In this document: positions 1 through 18,073 of the stretch, piece after piece
How positions within the stretch are numbered: the stretch's first letter is position 1
How the letters are laid out: every line of letters begins with the position of its first letter
Translations under genes and position numbers: made by a program
Origin: Escherichia coli
GTDB taxonomy: Bacteria > Pseudomonadota > Gammaproteobacteria > Enterobacterales > Enterobacteriaceae
Strand: one strand, 5' to 3'
Length of the DNA: 64,000 nt
Assembly (NCBI RefSeq): GCF_003334815.1
Contig: NZ_QOWO01000005.1
The notes under the pieces: generated by a model
Seen by the model: only the letters and a program-made list of their open reading frames with translations
Told to the model about the DNA's origin: nothing
Database searches by the model: none

Positions 1-2183
1 CGATGCGCTGCCAGGAGTTTTTCTTTCAAACCACCGATCGGCAGTACCTGACCACGCAGAGTGATCTCACCGGTCATTGCCACATCGGCACGAACCGGGT
101 TACCGGTCAGGCAAGAAACCAGCGCGGTGCACATAGCAATACCGGCACTCGGACCATCTTTCGGCGTCGCACCTTCCGGTACGTGGACGTGGATGTCACG
201 TTTTTCGTAAAAATCAGGGTTGATCCCCAGTTTTTCCGCACGCGCACGAACCACCGTTAACGCCGCCTGAATGGACTCCTGCATCACTTCGCCGAGCGAA
301 CCGGTATAGGTCAGTTTGCCTTTACCCGGAACACATGCGGTTTCAATGGTCAGCAAGTCACCGCCCACTTCCGTCCACGCCAGACCGGTTACCTGACCGA
401 CACGGTTTTCGTTATCCGCGCGACCATAGTCGAAACGCTGAACACCGAGATAGTCATGCAGGTTATCGCCGTTAATTTCGATATGTTTTAATGACTTATC
501 GAGCAGTAACTGCTTAACCGCTTTGCGACACAGTTTGGAGATTTCACGCTCCAGACCACGCACGCCCGCCTCACGGGTGTAGTAACGAATAATGCCGATA
601 ATGGCGCTATCGTCGACGGTCAGCTCACCTTTTTTCAGTGCATTACGTTCAATCTGCTTCGGCAGCAGGTGACGTTTGGCGATGTTCAGTTTTTCATCTT
701 CGGTATAACCGGAGAGGCGAATCACTTCCATACGATCCAGCAGCGGTGCCGGAATGTTCATGGAGTTCGACGTCGCGACAAACATCACGTCGCTGAGATC
801 GTAATCCACTTCCAGGTAGTGGTCGCTGAACGCTACGTTCTGCTCTGGATCCAGCACTTCAAGCAGTGCAGAGGCCGGATCGCCACGCATGTCAGAAGAC
901 ATTTTGTCGATCTCATCGAGCAGGAACAGCGGGTTTTTCACGCCCACTTTCGCCATTTTCTGGATCAGTTTACCCGGCATAGAACCGATGTAAGTACGGC
1001 GGTGACCACGGATTTCCGCTTCATCACGCACGCCGCCCAGCGCCATACGGACATATTTACGCCCGGTGGCTTTGGCAATGGACTGACCAAGAGAGGTTTT
1101 ACCTACCCCCGGCGGCCCTACCAGGCAGAGGATCGGTCCCTTGATTTTGTTGACACGGCTTTGAACCGCAAGATACTCAAGGATTCGATCTTTCACGCGC
1201 TCCAGACCATAATGGTCGGTATCAAGGATTTCCTGCGCCTGACGCAGGTCTTTTTTGACCTTGCTACGCGCATTCCACGGCACCTGTACCATCCAGTCGA
1301 TATAACCACGCACTACGGTCGCTTCTGCCGACATCGGAGACATCATTTTCAGCTTCTGCAACTCTGCTTCCGCTTTCTCTTTTGCCTCTTTCGGCATCTT
1401 CGCCGCGTCGATTTTGCGCTTCAGGGCTTCGTTTTCGTCCGGCGCGTCGTCCATTTCACCGAGTTCTTTCTGAATAGCTTTCATTTGCTCGTTCAGATAG
1501 TACTCACGCTGGGATTTCTCCATCTGCTTTTTAACGCGGTTGCGAATGCGTTTCTCAACCTGCAGCAGATCGATTTCCGATTCCATCATTGCCATCAGAT
1601 ATTCCAGACGTTCGTTAACGTCGGACATCTCCAGAACAGACTGTTTGTCAGCCAGTTTCAGCGGCATATGTGCAGCAATGGTATCCGCCAGACGCGCCGG
1701 ATCGTCGATGCTATTCAGCGACGTCAGCACTTCTGGTGGGATTTTTTTGTTCAGCTTGATGTAGCCTTCGAACTGGCTGATTGCAGTACGCACCAGCACT
1801 TCCTGTTCCCGCTCATCAATGGTCGGCGACTCCAGATACTCCGCCTTCGCAGAAAAGTGTTCGCCATTGTCAGAGAGCGCAGAAATACGCGCGCGCTGTA
1901 ACCCCTCGACCAGCACTTTGACGGTGCCGTCAGGCAGTTTCAGCATCTGCAATATAGAGGCCACGGTCCCGACGGTGAAAAGATCGTTTACACCCGGCTC
2001 ATCCGTTGAAGCTTCTTTCTGCGCGACCAGCATAATTTTTTTATCATGGTCCATCGCCGCTTCCAGACAACGGATAGATTTTTCCCGCCCGACAAATAAG
2101 GGGATGACCATGTGCGGATAAACCACCACATCGCGCAGCGGCAATACGGGGATTTCAATGCGTTCAGAACGCTCAGGATTCAT
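1..2183 (-). CDS. lon: Lon ATP-dependent protease (partial; C-terminus lies beyond window start)
   Basis: Reverse complement of 2120-2183 translates [25 protein letters not shown]; window begins inside the C-terminal domain (..KEKLLAAHR). Absent from ORF track because no stop falls inside the window. Confidence 0.95.
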   Translation of the reverse strand, partial: MNPERSERIEIPVLPLRDVVVYPHMVIPLFVGREKSIRCLEAAMDHDKKIMLVAQKEASTDEPGVNDLFTVGTVASILQMLKLPDGTVKVLVEGLQRARISALSDNGEHFSAKAEYLESPTIDEREQEVLVRTAISQFEGYIKLNKKIPPEVLTSLNSIDDPARLADTIAAHMPLKLADKQSVLEMSDVNERLEYLMAMMESEIDLLQVEKRIRNRVKKQMEKSQREYYLNEQMKAIQKELGEMDDAPDENEALKRKIDAAKMPKEAKEKAEAELQKLKMMSPMSAEATVVRGYIDWMVQVPWNARSKVKKDLRQAQEILDTDHYGLERVKDRILEYLAVQSRVNKIKGPILCLVGPPGVGKTSLGQSIAKATGRKYVRMALGGVRDEAEIRGHRRTYIGSMPGKLIQKMAKVGVKNPLFLLDEIDKMSSDMRGDPASALLEVLDPEQNVAFSDHYLEVDYDLSDVMFVATSNSMNIPAPLLDRMEVIRLSGYTEDEKLNIAKRHLLPKQIERNALKKGELTVDDSAIIGIIRYYTREAGVRGLEREISKLCRKAVKQLLLDKSLKHIEINGDNLHDYLGVQRFDYGRADNENRVGQVTGLAWTEVGGDLLTIETACVPGKGKLTYTGSLGEVMQESIQAALTVVRARAEKLGINPDFYEKRDIHVHVPEGATPKDGPSAGIAMCTALVSCLTGNPVRADVAMTGEITLRGQVLPIGGLKEKLLAAH

Positions 2184-2286
2184 AGAGCTCTCTCTTAGTT
2201 TAATTTCCGCCAGGTAATCAGATGACACGACTGTGCTTCACGCCATCTATTAACATGTACGTCAGTATATGGGGATGTTTCCCCCA

Positions 2287-2343
2287 CATTCAACGCCGAG
2301 AATAGAGGAAAAATTAAAGGGGAGATAAAATCCCCCCTTTTTG
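2287..2343 (+). ncRNA. sraA: Candidate small RNA in the clpX-lon spacer (SraA-like), ending at a GGGGA/TCCCC hairpin plus U-run
   Basis: Hairpin ggggagataaaatcccc followed by cctttttgg on + strand at about 2320-2345; an sRNA (SraA) is known from the clpX-lon spacer in K-12. Boundaries approximate. Confidence 0.35.
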
Positions 2344-2345
2344 GT
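2318..2345 (-). terminator. Hairpin downstream of clpX (bidirectional; shared with sRNA candidate)
   Basis: GGGGA-gataaaa-TCCCC stem-loop flanked by A/T runs, 26-50 bp after clpX stop. Confidence 0.5.
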
Positions 2346-2370
2346 TAACTAATTGTATGGGAATGGTTAA

Positions 2371-3645
2371 TTATTCACCAGATGCCTGTTGCGCTTCCGG
2401 CTTGCCATAAATCAGCAACGGTTTGCTTTGACCATCAATTACCGACTCGTCGATAACCACTTTTTCGACGTCTTCCATGGACGGCAGATCGTACATGGTA
2501 TCGAGCAGTGCGGCTTCTACGATGGAACGCAGGCCACGGGCACCGGTTTTACGCGCCATCGCTTTCTTAGCGATAGCATCCAGCGCCTCGTCACGGAATT
2601 CCAGATCCACGCCTTCCAGATTAAACAGCGCCTGATACTGCTTGGTCAGGGCGTTTTTCGGCTCTTTGAGGATCTGAATCAGAGCTTCTTCGCTCAGTTC
2701 ATTCAACGTTGCGACAACCGGCAGACGACCAATAAACTCAGGGATAAGACCAAACTTGATCAGATCTTCCGGTTCAACCTGCGCCAGCAGCTCGCCTTCG
2801 CTTGCTTTGTCGGACTTCGCTTTTACCGTCGCGCCAAAACCAATGCCGGAGCCGGTTTCTACACGGTGGGAAATCACTTTATCCAGACCGGCAAACGCAC
2901 CGCCACAAATAAACAGGATCTTAGAGGTATCAACCTGCAAGAATTCCTGCTGCGGATGTTTACGCCCACCTTGCGGTGGAACAGCAGCTACCGTACCTTC
3001 GATCAGTTTCAACAGTGCCTGCTGTACGCCTTCACCGGAAACGTCTCGGGTAATGGACGGGTTGTCTGACTTACGAGAAATCTTGTCGATTTCATCGATG
3101 TAGACAATACCACGCTGTGCTTTCTGGACATCGTAGTCGCATTTCTGCAACAGCTTCTGAATGATGTTTTCAACGTCTTCACCCACATAACCGGCTTCGG
3201 TCAGTGTAGTCGCGTCGGCCATGGTGAACGGAACATCCAGCAGGCGCGCCAGCGTTTCAGCCAGCAGCGTTTTACCGGAACCGGTCGGACCGATCAGCAG
3301 AATGTTACTTTTGCCCAACTCGACGCCATTGCTGGTATCGCCGTTGCGCAGACGTTTGTAATGGTTGTATACCGCGACCGCCAGCACTTTTTTCGCCTGT
3401 TCCTGGCCGATAACGTAATCGTCCAGGTGGTTGCGAATTTCATGCGGCGTCGGTAGCGCACTGCGTTCACGATGCGGTGCAACTTCTTTAATCTCTTCGC
3501 GAATGATGTCGTTACATAAATCAACACATTCGTCGCAGATATACACGGATGGACCGGCAATCAGCTTGCGCACTTCATGCTGGCTTTTGCCGCAAAAAGA
3601 GCAATACAGCAATTTGCCTGAGCCATCTTTGCGTTTATCTGTCAT
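2371..3645 (-). CDS. clpX: ClpX ATP-dependent protease ATPase/unfoldase subunit
   Basis: 424-aa ORF; N-terminal zinc-finger CSFCGK..CDEC, Walker A GPTGSGKT. Confidence 0.97.
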
Positions 3646-3770
3646 GGGTCAAAACCTCTTCTTTGTTCTTTGTGCCGCACACGACGACGCAAATGCCATT
3701 CTCAGGCGCAAGCCGCTTACAGCGTTGTGCCGCCCTGGATAAGTATAGCGGCACAGTTGCGCCTCTGGCA

Positions 3771-4394
3771 TCAATTACGATGGGTCAGAATCGAATCGAC
3801 CAGACCGTATTCCACCGCTTCAGGGGCGGAAAGGAAGCGATCGCGCTCGGTATCACGTTCAATCTGTTCTAATGATTGACCCGTATGAAGCGCCATAAGT
3901 TCATTCATGCGCCCTTTAACTTTCAGAATTTCACGGGCATGAATTTCGATATCGGTCGCCTGGCCCTGGTAGCCGCCCAACGGTTGGTGAATCATCACGC
4001 GCGAATTCGGCAGGCAAAAACGTTTACCTTTTGCCCCTGCGGTCAGCAAGAAAGCGCCCATCGAGGCCGCCTGGCCCATACAGATGGTGCTGACATCAGG
4101 CTTGATAAACTGCATGGTGTCATAGATAGACATCCCGGCAGTGATCACCCCGCCTGGGGAGTTAATGTACAGATAGATATCTTTTTCTGGGTTTTCCGCT
4201 TCCAGGAACAGCATCTGCGCCACAATCAGGTTAGCCATGTGGTCTTCAACCTGGCCAGTCAGAAAAATGACGCGTTCCTTAAGTAGACGAGAATAGATAT
4301 CAAAAGAGCGCTCACCGCGTGAGGTCTGTTCAATGACCATCGGCACCAGCGCCATATGGGGTGCAAAGTTATCTCGTTCGCCGCTGTATGACAT
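3771..4394 (-). CDS. clpP: ClpP ATP-dependent Clp protease proteolytic subunit
   Basis: 207-aa [27 protein letters not shown]...; active-site context GQAASMGA. Confidence 0.97.
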   Translation of the reverse strand: MSYSGERDNFAPHMALVPMVIEQTSRGERSFDIYSRLLKERVIFLTGQVEDHMANLIVAQMLFLEAENPEKDIYLYINSPGGVITAGMSIYDTMQFIKPDVSTICMGQAASMGAFLLTAGAKGKRFCLPNSRVMIHQPLGGYQGQATDIEIHAREILKVKGRMNELMALHTGQSLEQIERDTERDRFLSAPEAVEYGLVDSILTHRN

Positions 4395-4573
4395 TTCCGT
4401 CTCCTGGATAAAATTGAAAAAACCTGCTGTACCGATTGTAACCTTATGGACGGATTATCAGCTAGTCCCTGTGTTATGGGTACGGCATCACCATATTTCA
4501 AGCATAACAATCTTTTGTTGTTACGCTAACACCGAAAGAGGCTTTTCGCACGGTTCCATGCAAAATTCATGAC

Positions 4574-4606
4574 AAAAAAAAGCCCACCACCTGGCGGTGA
4601 CGGGCC
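4574..4606 (-). terminator. Intrinsic terminator downstream of tig
   Basis: GC-rich imperfect stem (gcccaccac..ggtgacgggc) followed on the minus strand by a run of 8 U. Confidence 0.5.
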
Positions 4607-4639
4607 TTTGTGCGAATTTAGCGCGTTATGCTGCGTAAA

Positions 4640-5947
<1,308 letters not shown>

Positions 5948-6204
5948 TCAAAAAATCACAGTGCTCGGTCAACTCTTACCCCGCAAGCACAGGTTGTTGG
6001 CTTCGCGGAACCGGGATGTTCTTATAATCAATCACATTCCCTGTTACCAGAATCATCCCGAAAGCATTCAAATAGGACGCGGCATTATAGCGGCATCACT
6101 TTTATGAGTCGAGAACGGTTATTGCGCGCTGTCGCGTATTTTTTCACAATTCCCGGGCAATTTTCGTCTGAATGCTGGGCAAAAAGCGCAAAATCCAGAC
6201 AAAA

Positions 6205-6229
6205 CAAAACGGCCCGCAGGCCGTTTTTC
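6205..6229 (-). terminator. Bidirectional intrinsic terminator downstream of bolA
   Basis: ACGGCC-cgca-GGCCGT perfect stem flanked by T-run (+) and A-run (U-run on minus). Confidence 0.55.
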
Positions 6230-6281
6230 ATAAAATCTTTAGCAACATACTGGAAAAGCGCCGACAGTTGCAAATGCGTTT

Positions 6282-6599
6282 TTACGCGATGCTTCCTGCT
6301 CCACGACAGGGAGGAGAGGCAAAGACGGTGTCCTGCAACCCTTCCCACTCCTTAATAGTGTAAGTATGCAGAGCCAGCGCATGAACGGTAGTAGAGAGTT
6401 CCTCCGCTAAAGTACTGTAAATCATTCGATGACGATTCAGAAAACGTTCACCCGTAAAACGATCGCTGACCAGCACAACTTTAAAATGGCTTTCAGAGCC
6501 GGCTGGGACATTGTGACGATAGCTTTCATCCACTACTTCGAGGAATACGGGTTGGAACGCCGCCCTTAATTTTTCTTCTATCCGCTCACGTATCATCAT
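6282..6599 (-). CDS. bolA: BolA morphogene / stress-induced transcriptional regulator
   Basis: Track ORF 6282-6632; trimmed to [22 protein letters not shown] (105 aa), the conserved BolA N-terminus. Confidence 0.9.
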
Positions 6600-6903
6600 G
6601 AAATATCTCCTCCGACAACGCTGAGATGTCATCCATCCCTTTAAATACTAGCCGCTTTTACCGTTTCCATTGCAGCTTAACAACAAATATTTAGGTTTCG
6701 TCCTGGTTTTTCCGTCAAGCGTATGAAGTTTACTGATTTAAAGATTGAAACACAGGCCTCGCATCAGTGTTTCTTTTACCAGGGGCGATTATTTCGTCAA
6801 CATGATGAATTTACATGCCTTACCCACTTCCCCTCGCCGTTGGCAATGTTATGATGGCGGGAATTTTTACCAAACACGCTTAAGAGTCTCTGAGAGCCCG
6901 AAC

Positions 6904-7482
6904 ATGTTCAAAAAAATCCTCTTCCCGTTAGTTGCTCTGTTTATGCTTGCAGGATGCGCAAAACCGCCAACAACTATTGAAGTTTCCCCGACGATTACAC
7001 TGCCACAGCAGGATCCAAGCCTGATGGGCGTCACCGTAAGCATTAATGGTGCCGATCAGCGTACCGATCAGGCGCTGGCAAAAGTCACCCGCGATAATCA
7101 AATCGTTACCCTGACCGCCTCCCGCGATCTGCGTTTCCTGCTGCAAGAAGTGCTGGAAAAACAGATGACCGCGCGTGGTTACATGGTTGGTCCGAATGGC
7201 CCGGTTAATCTGCAAATCATCGTTAGCCAACTGTATGCTGACGTGTCCCAGGGCAACGTGCGCTACAACATCGCGACCAAAGCGGATATCGCCATCATCG
7301 CTACCGCGCAGAATGGCAACAAAATGACCAAAAACTATCGTGCCAGCTACAACGTTGAAGGTGCGTTCCAGGCCTCCAACAAAAATATCGCCGATGCGGT
7401 TAACAGTGTGCTGACCGATACCATCGCTGATATGTCTCAGGACACCAGCATCCACGAATTCATCAAGCAGAACGCGCGTTAA
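6904..7482 (+). CDS. yajG: YajG putative lipoprotein
   Basis: Track ORF from 6745; trimmed to MFKKILFPLVALFMLAGC (lipoprotein signal with lipobox LAGC), 192 aa. Confidence 0.9.
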   Translation: MFKKILFPLVALFMLAGCAKPPTTIEVSPTITLPQQDPSLMGVTVSINGADQRTDQALAKVTRDNQIVTLTASRDLRFLLQEVLEKQMTARGYMVGPNGPVNLQIIVSQLYADVSQGNVRYNIATKADIAIIATAQNGNKMTKNYRASYNVEGAFQASNKNIADAVNSVLTDTIADMSQDTSIHEFIKQNAR

Positions 7483-7525
7483 TTTCTGCCCTCTGGCCCG
7501 GTGCAAGCCGGGCCTGTAGACGCCC

Positions 7526-9001
7526 ATGTCCAGTCAATATTTACGTATTTTTCAACAGCCGCGTTCAGCCATATTGCTGATCCTGGGTTTTGCTTCCGGG
7601 CTACCGCTCGCCCTGACATCCGGTACCTTACAGGCCTGGATGACGGTCGAGAATATTGATCTCAAAACCATTGGTTTCTTCTCTCTGGTAGGCCAGGCTT
7701 ACGTTTTTAAATTCCTCTGGTCACCGCTGATGGACCGCTACACGCCTCCATTTTTTGGGCGGCGACGCGGTTGGCTGCTCGCCACGCAAATCCTGTTATT
7801 AGTCGCCATTGCGGCGATGGGTTTTCTCGAACCAGGCACCCAACTCCGCTGGATGGCGGCGCTGGCGGTGGTGATCGCTTTTTGCTCTGCCTCCCAGGAT
7901 ATTGTCTTCGATGCGTGGAAAACCGATGTGCTCCCGGCAGAAGAACGTGGTGCGGGCGCGGCAATCAGCGTTCTGGGTTACCGTTTAGGGATGCTGGTTT
8001 CCGGCGGCCTAGCCCTGTGGCTGGCAGATAAATGGCTGGGCTGGCAGGGCATGTACTGGTTGATGGCGGCGCTGTTGATCCCCTGTATTATCGCGACGTT
8101 GCTTGCACCAGAACCGACCGACACCATTCCTGTGCCAAAAACGCTGGAACAAGCGGTTGTTGCACCTCTGCGAGATTTCTTTGGTCGCAATAATGCCTGG
8201 CTTATTTTGCTTCTTATCGTGCTGTATAAGCTGGGCGACGCATTCGCCATGAGCCTGACAACCACGTTTTTGATTCGCGGCGTCGGGTTTGATGCGGGTG
8301 AAGTAGGCGTGGTTAACAAAACGCTTGGCTTACTAGCGACCATTGTTGGCGCATTGTACGGTGGGATTTTGATGCAGCGCCTGTCACTGTTCCGGGCACT
8401 GCTGATTTTCGGCATTTTACAAGGTGCGTCTAACGCCGGTTACTGGCTGCTGTCGATTACTGATAAGCATCTCTACAGCATGGGCGCAGCCGTCTTTTTC
8501 GAAAACCTCTGTGGCGGGATGGGCACATCAGCCTTTGTCGCGCTGTTAATGACGCTATGTAATAAGTCATTTTCCGCTACTCAATTTGCCCTGCTCTCAG
8601 CGCTTTCTGCTGTAGGGCGAGTTTATGTCGGCCCCGTGGCGGGTTGGTTTGTTGAAGCACACGGCTGGTCGACATTCTATCTATTCTCCGTCGCCGCTGC
8701 CGTACCAGGGCTTATTTTGCTGCTGGTTTGCCGCCAGACGCTTGAATATACACGAGTAAATGACAACTTTATCTCCCGTACCGCATATCCGGCAGGTTAT
8801 GCCTTTGCCATGTGGACACTGGCGGCGGGCGTCAGCCTGTTGGCCGTGTGGTTACTGCTATTGACGATGGACGCGCTGGATTTGACGCACTTCTCTTTCC
8901 TGCCTGCTCTGCTGGAAGTCGGGGTTTTAGTCGCCCTTTCTGGCGTCGTGCTTGGTGGTTTGCTGGATTATCTGGCGCTACGAAAAACGCATCTGACGTA
9001 A
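7526..9001 (+). CDS. ampG: AmpG muropeptide (anhydromuropeptide) permease, MFS
   Basis: 491-aa multi-TM ORF MSSQYLRIFQQPRSAILLILGFASGLPLALTSGTLQAWM... Confidence 0.95.
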   Translation: MSSQYLRIFQQPRSAILLILGFASGLPLALTSGTLQAWMTVENIDLKTIGFFSLVGQAYVFKFLWSPLMDRYTPPFFGRRRGWLLATQILLLVAIAAMGFLEPGTQLRWMAALAVVIAFCSASQDIVFDAWKTDVLPAEERGAGAAISVLGYRLGMLVSGGLALWLADKWLGWQGMYWLMAALLIPCIIATLLAPEPTDTIPVPKTLEQAVVAPLRDFFGRNNAWLILLLIVLYKLGDAFAMSLTTTFLIRGVGFDAGEVGVVNKTLGLLATIVGALYGGILMQRLSLFRALLIFGILQGASNAGYWLLSITDKHLYSMGAAVFFENLCGGMGTSAFVALLMTLCNKSFSATQFALLSALSAVGRVYVGPVAGWFVEAHGWSTFYLFSVAAAVPGLILLLVCRQTLEYTRVNDNFISRTAYPAGYAFAMWTLAAGVSLLAVWLLLLTMDALDLTHFSFLPALLEVGVLVALSGVVLGGLLDYLALRKTHLT

Positions 9002-9457
9002 TCTGTAAATATTATTTAGCTGTAGTAATCACTCGCCGTAATTATTACGGCTAAATAAACATCAGTATCGCTTATTAATATTTGTTCTTTTGTGCGGCTT
9101 AGCGTTTGGAAATTATTGGCGCCATTTATAAATTCTATTTTTCTTACACGATTCAGCTAATGAGTCTTTATTTTCTCATCACCCAGTTGTCACTCTAATG
9201 ATAATTATTTGTTAAATAATTGTTTTATTTCACATTGGTTATACCAATTGCCCGCCCAGACTCCTTCAGCACTCCCCTTTTGTTATAACGCCCTTTTGCA
9301 ACAGCTTCTTAAAATCAACCTGATATGTTTTGCAACATATGTGACCTGGCAGCCAAATCCAAGTAACAGGAATTTAATCATGTTTACAGTAATGTAACCT
9401 TCCCGTAAAATGCCCACACACTTTAAACGCCACCAGATCCCGTGGAATTGAGGTCGT

Positions 9458-10408
<951 letters not shown>

Positions 10409-10417
10409 AGGGGTTGA

Positions 10418-13354
<2,937 letters not shown>

Positions 13355-13365
13355 GAGCGGCGGTT

Positions 13366-14256
13366 ATGATGTTTAAGCAATACCTGCAAGTAACGAAACC
13401 AGGCATCATCTTTGGCAACCTGATCTCGGTGATTGGGGGATTCCTGCTGGCCTCAAAGGGCAGCATTGATTATCCCCTGTTTATCTACACGCTGGTTGGG
13501 GTGTCACTGGTTGTGGCGTCGGGTTGTGTGTTTAACAACTACATCGACAGGGATATCGACAGAAAGATGGAAAGGACGAAGAATCGGGTGCTGGTGAAAG
13601 GCCTGATCTCTCCTGCTGTCTCGCTGGTGTACGCCACGTTGCTGGGTATTGCTGGCTTTATGCTGCTGTGGTTTGGCGCGAATCCGCTGGCCTGCTGGCT
13701 GGGGGTGATGGGCTTTGTGGTTTATGTCGGCGTTTATAGCCTGTACATGAAACGCCACTCTGTCTACGGCACGTTGATTGGTTCGCTCTCCGGCGCTGCG
13801 CCGCCGGTGATCGGCTACTGTGCGGTAACCGGTGAGTTCGATAGCGGCGCAGCGATCCTGCTGGCTATCTTCAGCCTGTGGCAGATGCCTCACTCCTATG
13901 CCATCGCCATTTTCCGCTTTAAGGATTACCAGGCGGCAAACATTCCGGTATTGCCAGTGGTAAAAGGCATTTCGGTGGCGAAGAATCACATCACGCTGTA
14001 TATCATCGCCTTTGCCGTTGCCACGCTGATGCTCTCTCTTGGCGGTTACGCTGGGTATAAATATCTGGTGGTCGCCGCGGCGGTTAGCGTCTGGTGGTTA
14101 GGTATGGCTCTGCGCGGTTATAAAGTTGCTGATGACAGAATCTGGGCGCGCAAGCTGTTCGGCTTCTCTATCATCGCCATCACTGCCCTCTCGGTGATGA
14201 TGTCCGTTGATTTTATGGTACCGGACTCGCATACGCTGCTGGCTGCTGTGTGGTAA
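13366..14256 (+). CDS. cyoE: Protohaem IX farnesyltransferase (haem O synthase)
   Basis: Track ORF from 13321 (GTG); trimmed to [19 protein letters not shown] (296 aa), UbiA-family prenyltransferase. Confidence 0.92.
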
Positions 14257-14271
14257 CAAAACCTCTCTATT

Positions 14272-14297
14272 AAAAAGGTGCTACGGCACCTTTTTTC
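14272..14297 (+). terminator. Intrinsic terminator after cyoE
   Basis: AGGTGC-tacg-GCACCT stem followed by TTTTTT, 16 bp after cyoE stop. Confidence 0.7.
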
Positions 14298-14404
14298 TTA
14301 GCATTAGAAACATATCCCTCTCGAAATATTTACTAAAAAATCCGCATGTTTACCCCATTCGTTTGCCGCTTTACACTAGTCGCGAATTTAAAACAGAGGT
14401 GGTA

Positions 14405-15769
14405 ATGAACGATTATAAAATGACGCCAGGTGAGAGGCGCGCGACCTGGGGTTTAGGGACCGTATTCTCGTTGCGCATGCTGGGCATGTTTATGGTTCTG
14501 CCGGTTCTGACCACGTACGGCATGGCTCTGCAAGGTGCCAGCGAAGCATTAATCGGTATTGCCATTGGTATTTATGGTCTGACTCAGGCCGTTTTTCAGA
14601 TTCCGTTTGGCCTGCTTTCCGACCGCATTGGTCGCAAACCATTAATTGTCGGTGGGCTGGCGGTGTTTGCCGCCGGTAGCGTTATCGCTGCGCTTTCCGA
14701 CTCCATCTGGGGAATTATTCTGGGCCGGGCGCTACAAGGCTCTGGAGCAATTGCCGCCGCCGTTATGGCGCTGCTTTCCGATCTCACGCGCGAACAAAAC
14801 CGCACCAAAGCGATGGCGTTTATCGGCGTGAGCTTTGGCATTACCTTTGCCATTGCGATGGTGCTTGGCCCGATCATCACTCACAAACTTGGGCTGCACG
14901 CGCTGTTCTGGATGATCGCTATTCTGGCAACGACCGGCATTGCGTTGACCATTTGGGTTGTGCCCAACAGTAGCACTCACGTACTTAATCGTGAGTCCGG
15001 AATGGTGAAAGGCAGTTTCAGTAAAGTGCTGGCGGAACCGCGGCTGCTGAAACTCAACTTTGGCATTATGTGTCTGCATATTTTGCTGATGTCGACGTTT
15101 GTTGCCCTGCCCGGACAACTGGCTGATGCAGGGTTCCCGGCGGCTGAACACTGGAAGGTCTATCTGGCGACAATGCTAATCGCCTTTGGCTCGGTCGTGC
15201 CTTTCATTATCTACGCTGAAGTTAAGCGCAAAATGAAGCAAGTCTTTGTCTTCTGCGTCGGGTTGATCGTGGTTGCGGAAATTGTGTTGTGGAACGCGCA
15301 AACGCAGTTCTGGCAACTGGTGGTCGGCGTGCAGCTTTTCTTTGTGGCGTTTAATTTGATGGAAGCCCTCCTGCCCTCACTTATCAGTAAAGAGTCGCCA
15401 GCAGGTTACAAAGGTACGGCGATGGGTGTTTACTCCACCAGCCAGTTTCTTGGCGTGGCGATTGGCGGTTCGCTGGGCGGCTGGATTAACGGCATGTTTG
15501 ACGGTCAGGGGGTATTTCTCGCTGGCGCAATGCTGGCCGCAGTGTGGCTGACAGTCGCCAGTACCATGAAAGAACCGCCGTATGTCAGCAGTTTGCGCAT
15601 TGAAATCCCGGCGAACATTGCCGCAAACGAGGCGTTAAAAGTGCGTTTGCTAGAAACTGAAGGCATCAAAGAAGTGTTGATTGCAGAAGAAGAACATTCA
15701 GCTTATGTGAAAATCGACAGCAAAGTGACGAATCGCTTTGAGATAGAACAGGCAATTCGTCAGGCATAA
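14405..15769 (+). CDS. yajR: YajR MFS transporter
   Basis: Track ORF from 14207; trimmed to MNDYKMTPGERRATWGLGTVFSL (454 aa), multi-TM MFS-like. Confidence 0.9.
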   Translation: MNDYKMTPGERRATWGLGTVFSLRMLGMFMVLPVLTTYGMALQGASEALIGIAIGIYGLTQAVFQIPFGLLSDRIGRKPLIVGGLAVFAAGSVIAALSDSIWGIILGRALQGSGAIAAAVMALLSDLTREQNRTKAMAFIGVSFGITFAIAMVLGPIITHKLGLHALFWMIAILATTGIALTIWVVPNSSTHVLNRESGMVKGSFSKVLAEPRLLKLNFGIMCLHILLMSTFVALPGQLADAGFPAAEHWKVYLATMLIAFGSVVPFIIYAEVKRKMKQVFVFCVGLIVVAEIVLWNAQTQFWQLVVGVQLFFVAFNLMEALLPSLISKESPAGYKGTAMGVYSTSQFLGVAIGGSLGGWINGMFDGQGVFLAGAMLAAVWLTVASTMKEPPYVSSLRIEIPANIAANEALKVRLLETEGIKEVLIAEEEHSAYVKIDSKVTNRFEIEQAIRQA

Positions 15770-15784
15770 AAAACGCGGCGAATT

Positions 15785-15872
15785 GCCTGCTGCGCTACGC
15801 TTATCAGGCCTACAAAGTTTCTGAATTACAAACCTTTGTAGGCCGAATCAGGCGTTCATGCCGCATCTGACA
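15785..15872. repeat. BIME: two REP (palindromic unit) copies in inverted orientation between convergent yajR and yajQ
   Basis: gcctgctgcgctacgcttatcaggcctaca ... tgtaggccgaatcaggcgttcatgccgcatc; classic REP motifs. Confidence 0.8.
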
Positions 15873-15896
15873 TGAACAAAACGCACATAGTCGCGA

Positions 15897-16388
15897 TTAA
15901 TCGCGGAAGTTTTTGAACTGGAACGGCTGACCGAGATCGCCACCACGTACCATCGCCATGACAGCCTGCAAATCATCACGAGATTTGCCCGTTACGCGGA
16001 TTTCATCGCCCTGAATTTGCGCCTGCACTTTCAGTTTGCTGTCTTTGATCATCTTGACGATTTTCTTCTGGGTCGCGCTCTCAATGCCCTGTTTCAGTTT
16101 CGCTTCCACAAACCAGGTTTTACCGCTATGAACGATATTCTCCGGTACATCCAGCGAACTGCCTTCAATGCCGCGCTTCAGCAGCTTGGCACGCAGAATA
16201 TCCAGCAACTGATTGACCTGGAAATCGGACTCGCTCAACACTTTGATGGTTTTGCTGGCGTCGTTCAGCTCAAATGAGGCTTCAACGTTACGGAAGTCAA
16301 AACGGGACTCCACTTCGCGGCTCGCGTTATCGACCGCGTTACGTGCTTCCTGAAGATCAACTTCAGAGACAATATCGAAAGATGGCAT
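15897..16388 (-). CDS. yajQ: YajQ nucleotide-binding protein (UPF0234)
   Basis: Track ORF to 16556; trimmed to [22 protein letters not shown] (163 aa). Confidence 0.9.
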
Positions 16389-16555
16389 CTTTTCCTCTCC
16401 CTTCATTTTTGATGCGAAGCATAATACCCGCAAAGTTAAATAACCGACAGTCCTGCACCAGGACGTATCCCTTAATTGTGCATAGTCGCAACAGCATGCA
16501 CAATTAAGGGATAGCCTTATTGAACACCCGGAGTGGTTGCGGGTGAGGAGGAACA

Positions 16556-18020
<1,465 letters not shown>

Positions 18021-18021
18021 T

Positions 18022-18061
18022 GTCGGATGCGGCAAACGTCGCATCTGACCAGATGCGACGT
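18022..18061. repeat. REP-like palindrome between convergent yajL and thiI (probable bidirectional terminator)
   Basis: gtcggatgcggcaaacgtcgcatctgaccagatgcgacg; GATGCG/CGCATC inverted repeats. Confidence 0.6.
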
Positions 18062-18073
18062 AAAAACCACAAA

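Noticed and set aside
6745-6903. N-terminal extensions in the ORF track for yajG and likewise bolA, cyoD, cyoE, yajR, yajQ, yajO, ribE, yajI, tsx, secF, yajC, sbcD, araJ, mak, rdgC, yaiI, proC, psiF, phoA and yaiZ
   Set aside because: The track reports the longest frame; in each case an internal start reproduces the conserved N-terminus or signal peptide and removes implausible leader sequence. I used the internal starts.
9013-9056. Palindrome (atttagc ... gccgtaattattacggc ... gctaaat) just after ampG as a terminator
   Set aside because: Clear inverted repeat but AT-rich and without a following U-run; could equally be a protein-binding site in the cyoA promoter region, so left unannotated.
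9209-9397. 62-codon + strand ORF in the ampG-cyoA spacer
   Set aside because: Falls in the AT-rich cyoA promoter region; hydrophobic low-complexity translation without a ribosome-binding site.
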